Shown here: positions 40,226 to 49,775 of the stretch, piece after piece | Numbering within the stretch: the stretch's first letter is position 1 | Layout: each line of letters starts with the position of its first letter | NCBI RefSeq assembly: GCF_028290105.1 | Contig: NZ_JAQGKL010000098.1 | Span: 13,775-77,774, forward strand | Reading direction: 5' to 3' | Length of the DNA stretch: 64,000 nt | Source of the DNA: Methylobacterium sp. | GTDB lineage: Bacteria; Pseudomonadota; Alphaproteobacteria; Rhizobiales; Beijerinckiaceae | Program-made: the position numbers and the translations under genes | Notes under the pieces: generated by a model | The model's database searches: none | What the model was told of the DNA's origin: nothing | Seen by the model: the letters and a program-made list of their open reading frames with translations, nothing else

Positions 40226-40573
40226 TCAGCCGACGACCTTGAGGTCGTTGACGTTCACGTCGCCGTTCTGGCTCGAGAAGCTCGGCGCCCGGCCATTGGA
40301 TTGCGAGACGCCGCTGATCTGGTGATCGCCGCTGTCGTAGGTGGTGAGCTTGCCGTCGGTCTCGACCAGCAACCGGTGCTTGTCGGGGAAGAACGCGTAG
40401 CGCATGTCGTTCTGGCCGCCGCTGGTGGAAGGCTGGCCGAGCTCCTGGGGCCACCACGGCTCCGAGCCTTTCATCGGCTCCATCGGCTTCATGGGTTCCA
40501 TCGGCTTCATCGGTGCCATGGGCTTCATGGGTTCCATCGCGCTCGGGCTCCTGTTCGCGGCGTCTGAAGCCAC
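40226..40573 (-). CDS. hypothetical protein with Met-rich (MxP)n repeat
   Basis: MEPMKPMAPMKPMEPMKPMEPMK followed by WWP.ELG.PSTSGGQN.MRYAFF; start uncertain (GTG 40573 or ATG 40537). Confidence 0.7.
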   Translation of the reverse strand: MASDAANRSPSAMEPMKPMAPMKPMEPMKPMEPMKGSEPWWPQELGQPSTSGGQNDMRYAFFPDKHRLLVETDGKLTTYDSGDHQISGVSQSNGRAPSFSSQNGDVNVNDLKVVG

Positions 40574-40792
40574 GGCTACGCCCGAGACGCGCCAAGGTTG
40601 CCTGGCGGATGCGCGAACGTGGATTGCACGCGTTGCGTGCCGGCGCGCTTTTGCTCCGACGCGCCGCCTGCCGGACCTTGACCGGCGCGGAACCTCGACT
40701 GGCGCCGAACCTTGACTGGCATTGAATTCGGCAGGCGCCGGAGGCATATCGCGCTCCAGACGAACCCCTTTTCGACATTAGGAGGCGATCCC

Positions 40793-42628
40793 TTGAGCGA
40801 CACCGTGGAGCGGCACGAGTTTGGTGCCGAGGTCGGGCGTCTGTTGGATCTCGTGGTCCACGCGCTCTATTCCGACCGTGAGATCTTCCTGCGCGAGCTG
40901 GTGGCCAATGCCGCCGACGCCATGGACCGGCGCCGCTTCGAGGCGCTGACCGATCAGGCCTCCGCGCTGCCTGCCGACGCCCGCGTCCGCATTGAGCCGG
41001 ACAAGGCGGCCCGAACCCTGACCCTCTCGGATGCCGGCATCGGCATGACCAAGGCCGAGCTGGCCCAGAACCTCGGCACCATCGCGCGCTCGGGCACCCG
41101 CGCCTTCAGCCAGAGCCTCGGCGATGCCAAGCCGGAGGACAAGCCGAGCCTGATCGGCCAGTTCGGCGTCGGCTTCTATTCGGCCTTCATGGTCGCGGAC
41201 CGGGTCACCGTCACCTCGCGCCGGGCCGGCGCGGAGGAGGCCTGGACCTGGGCCTCCGAGGGCCAGGGCAGCTACACCCTGGAGCCCGCCATCCGGGCGG
41301 AGCCCGGCACCGACATCGTCCTGCATCTCAAGGAGGATGCCGACGAGTACCTGGAAAGCTACCGGCTCGACCACGTGGTGCGCAAATGGGCCGACCACAT
41401 CACGGTGCCGATCGCCATCGTGGGTGAGGAGGGCAAGGAGGAGACGGCCAACCAGGGAACGGCCCTGTGGCGCAAGTCGAAATCCGAGGTCACCCCGGAG
41501 CAGTACACCGCGTTCTACCGTCATGTCGGCATGAATTTCGACGAGCCCTGGGCCACCCTGCACTGGCGCGCGGAAGGGGCGCTGGAATTCTCGGCCCTCC
41601 TGTTCGTGCCCGGCATGAAGCCGTTCCAGGCGGTGGAGGGCGAGCGCGCCAGCAAGGTACGCCTGCATGTCCGCCGCATGTTCATCACCGACGAGGCGGA
41701 GCTGCTTCCCTCCTGGCTGCGCTTCGTCCAGGGCGTGGTCGACACCGAGGACCTGCCCCTCAACGTCTCGCGCGAGATGCTGCAGGCGACTCCGGTGCTC
41801 ACCAAGATCCGCCGCGCGGTCACCGGCCGGGTGCTGGGCGAGCTGACCAGCCGGGCCAAGGATGCCGAGGGCTACCGGCCGTTCTGGGAGAATTTCGGCC
41901 CCGTCCTCAAGGAAGGCATCTACGAGGACCATGAGCGCCGGTCCGAGATCGCTCCGCTGCTGCGCTTTCACTCCTCGGCCGTCGAGGGCTGGACCTCGCT
42001 GCCCGATTACGTGTCCCGGATGAAGGATGGCCAGGAGGCGATCTACTACCTCGTGGCCGATGACGCCGACGCCCTGAAGCGCTCGCCCCAGCTCGAAGGC
42101 TTCCGGGCCCGTGGCATCGAGGTGCTCCTGCTCTCGGACCACGTCGATGCCTTCTGGCCCGAGGCGCTGGCCCGGTTCGAGGACAAGCCCCTGCGCTCGG
42201 TCACGCAAGGCTCGGTCGACCTCTCGAAGTTCGCCGGCGAGACGCCCGAGGGCGAGGAGGCGCCGGCCTCCGTCGAGGCCCTCGTCGCCGCCCTCAAGAC
42301 GGCCCTCGGTGCCGACGTCTCGGACGTGCGCGCCACCGATCGCCTGGTGGAGAGCGCCGTGGTGCTCTCGGCCTCGGGCCATGGGCCTGACCTGCAGATG
42401 CAGCGCCTGCTGCGCCGGGCCGGACGCGGCGGGGGCGGCATGCCGGTGCTGGAGATCAATCCGCGCCACCCGCTGATCCGGTCCCTCGGCGACAAGGTCG
42501 CGAGCGAGAGCGACATCACCGAGGCCGCGGGCACGCTGCTGGATCTCGCCCGGGTGCAGGATGGCGACACGCCGCGCGATCCGGTCGCCTTCGCGCAGAA
42601 GGTGGCTGCCGCCCTGGCTGCCGCCTGA
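40793..42628 (+). CDS. htpG: Hsp90 chaperone
   Basis: [46 protein letters not shown] and [11 protein letters not shown]; TTG start with RBS AGGAGG. Confidence 0.95.
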   Translation: MSDTVERHEFGAEVGRLLDLVVHALYSDREIFLRELVANAADAMDRRRFEALTDQASALPADARVRIEPDKAARTLTLSDAGIGMTKAELAQNLGTIARSGTRAFSQSLGDAKPEDKPSLIGQFGVGFYSAFMVADRVTVTSRRAGAEEAWTWASEGQGSYTLEPAIRAEPGTDIVLHLKEDADEYLESYRLDHVVRKWADHITVPIAIVGEEGKEETANQGTALWRKSKSEVTPEQYTAFYRHVGMNFDEPWATLHWRAEGALEFSALLFVPGMKPFQAVEGERASKVRLHVRRMFITDEAELLPSWLRFVQGVVDTEDLPLNVSREMLQATPVLTKIRRAVTGRVLGELTSRAKDAEGYRPFWENFGPVLKEGIYEDHERRSEIAPLLRFHSSAVEGWTSLPDYVSRMKDGQEAIYYLVADDADALKRSPQLEGFRARGIEVLLLSDHVDAFWPEALARFEDKPLRSVTQGSVDLSKFAGETPEGEEAPASVEALVAALKTALGADVSDVRATDRLVESAVVLSASGHGPDLQMQRLLRRAGRGGGGMPVLEINPRHPLIRSLGDKVASESDITEAAGTLLDLARVQDGDTPRDPVAFAQKVAAALAAA

Positions 42629-42643
42629 TCCTAGGATTTCGAT

Positions 42644-42684
42644 AGAATATCTCCGGCGAAGACACGCTTTGCCGGAGATATTCT
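42644..42684. terminator. 14-bp stem-loop after htpG
   Basis: AGAATATCTCCGGC / GCCGGAGATATTCT perfect inverted repeat; no U-tract. Confidence 0.5.
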
Positions 42685-42707
42685 GCCGGTTCCACCCAGC
42701 AAAAAGC

Positions 42708-42732
42708 GGAACGTGTGGCAACGTCCCGGGTT
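42708..42732 (+). promoter_or_regulatory. putative sigmaEcfG promoter
   Basis: GGAAC-N16-GGTT, 31 bp upstream of ATG 42764. Confidence 0.65.
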
Positions 42733-42763
42733 GGGCTCCAGAACAACAATTCCTGGAGGAAAC

Positions 42764-43063
42764 ATGACCATCCGAAATCTCGCCGTCGCCACCGCCGCTC
42801 TGATGCTGACCGCCACCACGGCATTCGCCGCGCCCTGCGCGACCGGTACGACCAGCACCATGAAGGATAAGTCCGCCGCGATGGACAAGTCGTCGAACGT
42901 CGATGGCGGCACGAACACGAAGGTTACGCCCGTCGCCAAGACCGAGTCGCCCGGCACCGTCGGCGCGATGAACAACGTCGGCGCGAATACTCAGCCTGGG
43001 CAAGGTGAGAAGAAGCCCGCCGAGGGACAGGTCGTGAAGGGTGACAGCGCCGACAATTGCTGA
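42764..43063 (+). CDS. small secreted protein with N- and C-terminal Cys
   Basis: RBS GGAGG; signal peptide ending AFA; mature APC...DNC*. Confidence 0.8.
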   Translation: MTIRNLAVATAALMLTATTAFAAPCATGTTSTMKDKSAAMDKSSNVDGGTNTKVTPVAKTESPGTVGAMNNVGANTQPGQGEKKPAEGQVVKGDSADNC

Positions 43064-43245
43064 TCGCAACGGCACCGTACGCAATGCGGTCCGGATCGGC
43101 GATCCGGCCTGGACCTGATTGAACTGGACACGCCCCGCGCGCCTCGACGGCACGCGGGGTATCATCGTTTGGGGAGCGCGTGCGGGCGCCAGCGCGGCCA
43201 ATTGGACACGGACAGGGGCGGATGCGGGCGCTAGAAGCCCCGCCG

Positions 43246-44904
43246 ATGGAACTCCGCCCCTATCAGCGCGCCAGCCTCGATGCCCTCGCCGCCGCCTGGG
43301 CGCGGGGGCAGGATGCCGGTCTCATCGTCCTGCCCACCGGGGCCGGCAAGTCCCTGGTGATCGCGGCCCTGGTGCGGGAAACCCTCGCGGCGAACCCGGG
43401 CCACCGGATCGTGGTGGTCACCCACACCCGCGAGCTGATCGCCCAGAACCATCGCGAACTCCTCTCGCTCTGGCCCGAGGCGCCGGCCGGGATCTACTCC
43501 GCCGGGCTCGGCCGGCGGGACGGCGGCGCGCAGGTGCTGTTCTGTGGCATCCAGTCGATCTGGAATCGGACATTGGCGCTCGACCCGTTCGACGTCGTCG
43601 TGGTCGACGAGGCGCATCTGATCCCGCGGGACGCCGAGACCCGCTACGGCCGCTTCCTCGCCGCCCTGAAGGTCGCCCGGCCGGCCTTACGCGTCGTCGG
43701 CCTCACCGCGACGCCCTATCGCCTCGACAGCGGTCGTCTCGACGAGGGCGCCGGCCGGCTTTTCGATGGGATCGTCTACGAGGCCAATGTCGGCGACCTG
43801 ATCCACCAGGGCTACCTCGCGCCGCTGATTTCCAAGGCCACCACCACGACCCTCGACGTCGCCCACGTGCCCAGGCGCGGCGGCGACTACATCCCGAGCG
43901 CCCTCGAAGCCGCCGTCAACCAGGACTGGATCACCCGCGCGGCCGTGGAGGAGATGGTGGGCTACGGGACCGGGCGGCGGGCCTGGCTCGCCTTCTGCGC
44001 CGGGGTCGCCCACGCGCAGGCCGTGTGCGACGCGATCCGGGTCGAGGGCTATTCCTGCGAAACGATCTCGGGCGAGACCCCGAAGCGGGCGCGCGACCGC
44101 ATCGTCCGGGCGTTCCGGGCGGGCGAGGTGCGCTGCCTGACCTCCGTCGGCGTGCTGGCCACCGGGTTCAACGTGCCGGAGGTCGACCTCGTCGCCCTGC
44201 TGCGGCCGACCCAGAGCACCGGGCTCTACGTCCAGCAGGTCGGACGGGCCCTGCGCCGCGCGTCCGGCAAGCGCGACGCGCTGATCCTCGACTATGCGGG
44301 CCTCGTCCGGATGCACGGGCCCGTCGATATCGTCACCAGCCACAGCGCCGCCGCGATCCGGGGACGCGAAAGCGAGGTGCGGGCCAAGCCCTGTCCGGGC
44401 TGCGGCGCCCTCATCGCCCTCAACGCCAGCACCTGCGAGGCCTGCTGGGTCGAGCCGGACACCGAGACCGGACCGAGCCACGAAGCGTCGGCCGACGACG
44501 CACACCCCATCCTGTCGGGCATGGCTCCGACTTGGCAGGACGTCGTGACCTGGCAGGACGTCGTAACTTGGCAGGACGTCGTGGACTGGAGTTTCCGGCC
44601 GCGCGGGCGTCCGGGACTGACGGACGAACTGGAGGTCGTGTTCCATCTCGGCGACAGCCGCAACCACCGGATCGTCGTCGGCCTCGAACAGGCGGGCTAC
44701 CCCCGCGAGAAGGCCGTGCAGTGGTGGCGCCAGCTCGGTGGCGGGCGCGATGTCCCGATGACGGTCGCCGAGGCGATGGACCAGCAGCACGCGCTCACCT
44801 GCCCCCAGGCGATCCAGGTTCGTGCCAGCGGACGGCTGACCGAGGCCGTCAGCTACCGCTTCGCCGACGGCCGTACCTTCTCCGACACACGCCGCGTCGC
44901 CTGA
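43246..44904 (+). CDS. SF2 DEAD/DEAH helicase (RadD/phage-like) with C-terminal Zn ribbon
   Basis: MELRPYQ, LPTGAGKS, VDEAH, LTATPYR, TGFNVP, QQVGRALR and CPGC...CEAC. Confidence 0.9.
   Translation: MELRPYQRASLDALAAAWARGQDAGLIVLPTGAGKSLVIAALVRETLAANPGHRIVVVTHTRELIAQNHRELLSLWPEAPAGIYSAGLGRRDGGAQVLFCGIQSIWNRTLALDPFDVVVVDEAHLIPRDAETRYGRFLAALKVARPALRVVGLTATPYRLDSGRLDEGAGRLFDGIVYEANVGDLIHQGYLAPLISKATTTTLDVAHVPRRGGDYIPSALEAAVNQDWITRAAVEEMVGYGTGRRAWLAFCAGVAHAQAVCDAIRVEGYSCETISGETPKRARDRIVRAFRAGEVRCLTSVGVLATGFNVPEVDLVALLRPTQSTGLYVQQVGRALRRASGKRDALILDYAGLVRMHGPVDIVTSHSAAAIRGRESEVRAKPCPGCGALIALNASTCEACWVEPDTETGPSHEASADDAHPILSGMAPTWQDVVTWQDVVTWQDVVDWSFRPRGRPGLTDELEVVFHLGDSRNHRIVVGLEQAGYPREKAVQWWRQLGGGRDVPMTVAEAMDQQHALTCPQAIQVRASGRLTEAVSYRFADGRTFSDTRRVA
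44530..44583. repeat. 18-bp tandem repeat x3 (TWQDVV) in the helicase
   Basis: AC(T/C)TGGCAGGACGTCGT(G/A) at 44530, 44548 and 44566. Confidence 0.85.
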
Positions 44905-44983
44905 TCGCCACGGGCACCCTGTCACGACCGGGCCGGCACGGGCTTGCGCCGGACGAAGGGCGCTGCTAGCGGCATCATCGGAT

Positions 44984-45059
44984 GCCGGTTTAGCTCAGCT
45001 GGTAGAGCAACCGCCTTGTAAGCGGTAGGTCGCGAGTTCAAGTCCCGCAACCGGCACCA
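44984..45059 (+). tRNA. trnT: tRNA-Thr (UGU)
   Basis: 76 nt; acceptor GCCGGTT/AACCGGC, D-arm TAGCTCAGCTGGTAGAGC, anticodon loop CTTGTAA, GTTCAA T-loop, encoded CCA. Confidence 0.97.
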
Positions 45060-45358
45060 CATGCTCTCCCTTCGAAAGGGTGGAGATCACGGATCTCTCG
45101 CACCGGTTTGAGTGGGCTTCCGAGGGCCGTATCGGCTTCGGCGGCTGCGTCCGCAGCAGCGCCGAGTGCTTCGCGACGGAGGGCTGCGCCGCTGTGGCGA
45201 ATGCCACCGCGATGGCGGCTCGGTTCGTCGAGATGGTCCTTCATCCCCTCAAGATGCACGCCCTCTCCGGTGCGGATCTCGCCGGGTTGCGCGATCTGGC
45301 CCCCCCGCGATGTGTCCGAGGTCGCCGAGATCTTGCTGAGGCGGAGACCCGGTCCCTC

Positions 45359-45478
45359 ATGCTCGCCTCCGAAACCCGCTGCTTCCTGAGGACGCTAGGC
45401 CGGAACAACACCGAGGACTGGTTCGACAAACACCGGGATGGCGAGGCTGCGCAGAAGTTCGCTATTTTGCTGTTGTAG
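45359..45478 (+). pseudogene. DUF2461 (TIGR02453)-like N-terminal fragment
   Basis: ETRCFLRTLGRNNTEDWFDKHRD resembles the FL..L..NN.R.WF..H. start of that family; truncated. Confidence 0.45.
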
Positions 45479-45562
45479 AACGGCGTAGGGCCCGTCCTCG
45501 GCGGCAGCACAAGAGGCGAGTGAGACAGCTGTCGCTTCCGGTTCGGTCAAGGGCCGGCCATT

Positions 45563-45972
45563 TCAGGGGAGATGGCAGCCGAGGATGAGGCGCGTGCCGA
45601 TGCCGGGCTCGGACTGGATCGTAAACCTGTCCATCAGGCACTTAACCCCCACGATGCCGAGGCGACCGACGCGCGTGCTCGCGATTTCTTCGTTGAGGAT
45701 TTGCGGCGAGGATGGGATCCCGGATCCCGTATCGCTGACCTCGACGACGAGGAATTGCTCCTGAAGAGATTCAACTGAGAACGCGACTTTGCCGCCGCTG
45801 GCGCACATATGGCGTTCCGCGCGATCTCGGAGACGACGGTTACGTTGCGGGTCTGGTCGAGCACCGAGGAGCCGAGGCTTCCGGCGATGCGGCGGCAGAG
45901 CTGCCGGACGAAGCCGATGTCGGCCTCAGTGCTTATCGGCGTCGTGATGAGATGCCAAAGCATCGATTTCAT
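45563..45972 (-). pseudogene. frameshifted RsbT-like anti-sigma/serine kinase
   Basis: N-half (I.TEADIGFVRQ...LDQTRNVTVVSEIARN) and C-half (SGGKV..VEVSD.G.GI...GRLGIVGVKCLMDRF.I.SEPG.GT) are in different frames, junction ~45805. Confidence 0.75.
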
Positions 45973-46113
45973 CCCAAGCCCTGGCCCCGCCTGACAGTGA
46001 ATAGGTCGGCGCACGAGCTGATCCTGCGCCGGAACCTGCGAGGTTCCGGCCTGCAAGGCGGATGGTTGTCCAGGCACGGTAGGCCACGCGAGCGGAGACC
46101 GGCCCAAGCGGCG

Positions 46114-46845
46114 TCAACGTCGTGCGAACAGGGCGTCGTTCCGATCCCGCCAGGCTTCGTCGGAGAGCCACTTGTAATCCTGATCCGGCATGAGGGGGAT
46201 GCTCCGGACTTCTGAAACAGGAAGAGGAAGAAAGAAGCTATCCCGTTCCTGCGACACCTTGAGGGAACGGATCGGCACGACGATGCTGTCCTTGCCAGGC
46301 GTAAAGAATCCGCCCGATGCCACGACGGCATAGTCCCGCCGGTCCTTGGTTCCGAAAATGACGTTCCTGACCTCACCGACGATCTTGTCGTCGGCGCTGC
46401 GAACTTCCGCACCGACGATCTGGTCCGACCGCAATCCGAGCGGGAGGTCCTCGACGCTCACGAGCGGCTTGGCGTTCTTTTCATCGCGTCGGCCCTCCGT
46501 CGCTCCACGCCGGACCTTCGGATCCCGCGCCGCCATCTGTTCCTCCGCTGCATCCTCGTCGTTGTCGCCCAGGCCGGTCATGGCGGGTCCTGCGATCAGT
46601 TCGCGAATGTTGGCCATGAGGCGCTCGCAGTCCGCGTGGCGTCCATAGGACCACAGGGTGAAGGCCGCATCTCGAAGGCTGCGGAGATCCTTCACGGTCT
46701 GGCGATTGGCGGGGCCGCGAAGGTCGGGCTTTTGCAGGATGGCCTCTTCGAGCTTGGCATCCGCGATCTGGCACTCGGCGTGGGCGGAGCCGCCTCCGAT
46801 CGTGCAGAGAAGGGCAGCGGCGAGGACGAATCGAAGTGGGGTCAT
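46114..46845 (-). CDS. secreted PRC-barrel domain protein
   Basis: Signal peptide; IVGAEVRSADDKIVGEVRNVIF...YAVVASGGF. Confidence 0.8.
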   Translation of the reverse strand: MTPLRFVLAAALLCTIGGGSAHAECQIADAKLEEAILQKPDLRGPANRQTVKDLRSLRDAAFTLWSYGRHADCERLMANIRELIAGPAMTGLGDNDEDAAEEQMAARDPKVRRGATEGRRDEKNAKPLVSVEDLPLGLRSDQIVGAEVRSADDKIVGEVRNVIFGTKDRRDYAVVASGGFFTPGKDSIVVPIRSLKVSQERDSFFLPLPVSEVRSIPLMPDQDYKWLSDEAWRDRNDALFARR

Positions 46846-46984
46846 CGAGAGACTTTCTTGGAGATGGCCGGCGTCGACACGCATGCGGCGGGGGAATGAG
46901 AATTCCCTTCGAAGCGGGCAGGTCATCGGCGTCGTGGGATGTCTTCGTTACCGGCCGATCCGGACCGACCTGAGGGATCTCGAC

Positions 46985-48367
46985 CTATTGGGTCGCGAAC
47001 CGAAACGTGTTCCGCCCGTCGGCCTTGGCGCGATAGAGCGAGAGGTCCGCCGCCTTGTAGAGGGCATCGGGGTCGGTGCCGTCCTGGGGGGCAAGGGCGA
47101 TGCCGATGCTCACGCCCACGCTGACGGTCTCTCCGTCGATGTGGATGGGCGGCCGCATCGCATCGATGAGGCGCTCGGCGAGCGCGCGACCGCTGTCGGG
47201 TTGTCCCGAGCCGGTCTCGATGACGACGAACTCGTCGCCGCCCATGCGGGCCACGGTATCCTCGGTGCGGACCACGGCCTTGATCCGGGCCGCCACGGCC
47301 TGCAGCAACGCGTCCCCGGCGGGGTGTCCCAGGGTGTCGTTCACGGCCTTGAACCGGTCCAGGTCGAGGCAGAGCAGCGCGAACGGTGTGCCGTAGCGCT
47401 TCGTCAGCGCGATTTCCTGGAGGAAGCGTTCCCGGAAGAGGGTGCGGTTGGGCAGGTCGGTCAGGGGATCGTGCCGCGCAAGGTGCTCGATGCGCCGCTC
47501 GGCTTCCTTGCGTTCGGTGATGTCACGCACCGAGGCCACATAGCCGTCCGCCTGCCCGCCCTTGGCATCGTGGGTGAGGCTGAAGGTGGCCTCGACCCAG
47601 ACCCAGGAGCCGTCCTTGCGCCTGTAACGCTGGCGGCTCACCGCCTGGCGGACCCGGCCGTCCCGCAGGTCGCCCAGCACTCGCCCGTATGCCGCCACGT
47701 CGTCGGGATGCACGAAGTCGAGTGGACGCGTGCCCACCAACTCGTCGGGAGCGTAGCCGAGAAGGGGGCTGGAGGCCGGCGAGACGTACCGGCGGGTGGT
47801 GTCGATGGCGGACCACACGATCATGTCGGTGGTGTTCTCGGCGAGCAGCCGGAACTTCGCTTCGCTCTGCCGGAGTTGGCCTTCGGTCCTGTGAAGGCGC
47901 AGCTGGGAGACCACGATCTCGGCGAGGTCGGCAAGTCGCCTGCGCTGCTTCTCCGGGAACCGCCGTGGCACGGTATCGATGACGCAGAGCGTACCAACGC
48001 GGATGCCGGGTTCAAGGACCAGGGGTGCACCCGCATAGAAGCGGATGTGCGGTGCGCCCGTAACCAGCGGGTTCTGCGCGAAGCGCTCGTCATGTGTCGC
48101 ATCCTCGACCACGAGCACGGCATCCGACAGGATCGCGTAGGTACAGAAGGCGACCTCGCGCGAGGTGCGATCAACGCTCAGGCCGCATTTGGCCTTGAAC
48201 CACTGGTGGTCTTCTTCGACCATCGAAACCAGGGCGATGGGCAACCCGAACATCGCGCAAGCGGTCTGACAGACCGCATCGAAGTGGGACTGGGTCGCGG
48301 TTCCGATAATGTCCAGATCGCGCAACACGCCGAGGCGCTCGGCCTCGTTGGCGGGCAAGGGATACAT
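46985..48367 (-). CDS. GAF-PAS-GGDEF diguanylate cyclase
   Basis: E.ERL..L..L.I GAF (FC.YAI, RFYAGAPL); PAS; HDPLTDLPNR and ARMGGDEF. Confidence 0.92.
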   Translation of the reverse strand: MYPLPANEAERLGVLRDLDIIGTATQSHFDAVCQTACAMFGLPIALVSMVEEDHQWFKAKCGLSVDRTSREVAFCTYAILSDAVLVVEDATHDERFAQNPLVTGAPHIRFYAGAPLVLEPGIRVGTLCVIDTVPRRFPEKQRRRLADLAEIVVSQLRLHRTEGQLRQSEAKFRLLAENTTDMIVWSAIDTTRRYVSPASSPLLGYAPDELVGTRPLDFVHPDDVAAYGRVLGDLRDGRVRQAVSRQRYRRKDGSWVWVEATFSLTHDAKGGQADGYVASVRDITERKEAERRIEHLARHDPLTDLPNRTLFRERFLQEIALTKRYGTPFALLCLDLDRFKAVNDTLGHPAGDALLQAVAARIKAVVRTEDTVARMGGDEFVVIETGSGQPDSGRALAERLIDAMRPPIHIDGETVSVGVSIGIALAPQDGTDPDALYKAADLSLYRAKADGRNTFRFATQ

Positions 48368-48409
48368 GTGACGTTCCGACCCGATACTAACATAGGTTGT
48401 CAGGGCTTA

Positions 48410-48619
48410 TTAGCCTGCTATAGTTCCTAATACAGTAAGCGGCGGATCGTTAACAAAATTACACTGCAATGTCTCAGCTAAATTTTTGGGATTTTTCTTG
48501 ACAGCTTCCGCGGGAGGGGCGACAGGAGGCGCCGGCCGAAAGCCCCGCGGCCCCGAAGAAGATGCCGCAATACCGGTCACGGAAACACGCTTTCCACTGA
48601 TGGGATCGAGTATAACCAT
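48410..48619 (-). CDS. small hypothetical protein
   Basis: MVILDPISGKRVSV...; RBS AGAGGGG. Confidence 0.4.
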   Translation of the reverse strand: MVILDPISGKRVSVTGIAASSSGPRGFRPAPPVAPPAEAVKKNPKNLAETLQCNFVNDPPLTVLGTIAG

Positions 48620-49123
48620 GGATACGTGCCCCTCTTTCGGCTTGCACGCATCTTTGGTACGGCTAAGTTTAAATAGCGAGATATGGTTTTCGTTCCAAGA
48701 TTTCTCGAATATACGATCGTAACATATGTTAGTGTGCATCGCGTCGTAAAGGCGCTTTGGCTGCTTGTTCGAAGCTTGGTAAAAACGAAACGGCTCGGGC
48801 CTTATCCCTCAGTACTAACAAATGCTGTCGCCTGCGAGCTCGGCCTTGGGCAAATACGCTGTCGACAGAGCTCCAACAATCTCGATTCACGCACCAGGAC
48901 GAGATTCGCGGAACCAATCAATACCGGGACTCGTAGCTCGAAGGGATCTCTGAGGTCGGTAACGCCATGGCGGCAGACCCGGAAGACTTGCATCCGAAAG
49001 ACCTGCATCTGGAAGACTCGGCTTGGCCCGATGGCACGGTTTCGTACGAGCGGGCCACAACTCACGCCTGACAGCAACGATCCCTTGAGGCCATGGACGC
49101 CTGCCTCGTCGAGAAAGCCCGTG

Positions 49124-49366
49124 ATGCCCCGCTACTTCTTCGACGCCTACACCGACAACGACCTGCAGAAAGACGACACGGGCACTGAGTTCGACAGCCT
49201 GGAAAACGTACGTGAGGCCGCCCAGCAACATCTCCATGCCATCGGTCTCCATGAGATCCCGATGGATCTCGACCGACGCACGCTCGCGGTGCCGGTCACG
49301 GACCGGGACGGTCGCGCCGTCTACTCCGCAACCCTGAGCTACGCGGGACGATGGCTCACGCGATAG
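49124..49366 (+). CDS. DUF6894-like small protein
   Basis: MPRYFFD...DD.G.EF.SLE..R..A; VTDRDGRAVY. Confidence 0.8.
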   Translation: MPRYFFDAYTDNDLQKDDTGTEFDSLENVREAAQQHLHAIGLHEIPMDLDRRTLAVPVTDRDGRAVYSATLSYAGRWLTR

Positions 49367-49418
49367 CCCCCTCCGGATCGCCCTTGGCCTTCAACACCAC
49401 TTCCGCGCGAGATGCGTC

Positions 49419-49775
49419 ATGGCACGGTATTTCTTCGACAGACATGACGATCGCGTCGAAATCGACGAGGAGGGGGTGGAGTGCGAACGCTTGGCCTCCG
49501 TTCGCAGCCACGTTCAACGCACCCTGTCCGAGATCTCGTCGAGGCGCGTCCTCCAGAACCAGTCGTCCCCTATCAGCATCGTCGTCCGGGATGCGTCAGC
49601 TGATGGCGCTCTCACCGCAACGCTGGTCATCTTCATCGACGATGCAGACCCGGACGACGGAGACCCGCTGGAAGCGTGCAATGCCAACCGCCTGTTTCCG
49701 GCCACGGTCCAATCCACACCCCGGTTCGGCCTGAGCCGGTGTCCGGCAACGCCGCCGCGGGAAGAGCCGGCGTGA
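49419..49775 (+). CDS. DUF6894-like small protein
   Basis: MARYFFD...IDEEG.E; VVRDASADG. Confidence 0.75.
   Translation: MARYFFDRHDDRVEIDEEGVECERLASVRSHVQRTLSEISSRRVLQNQSSPISIVVRDASADGALTATLVIFIDDADPDDGDPLEACNANRLFPATVQSTPRFGLSRCPATPPREEPA

Noticed and set aside
45080-45350. Integrase remnant next to the tRNA
   Set aside because: Translations show no tyrosine or serine recombinase motifs; identity unresolved
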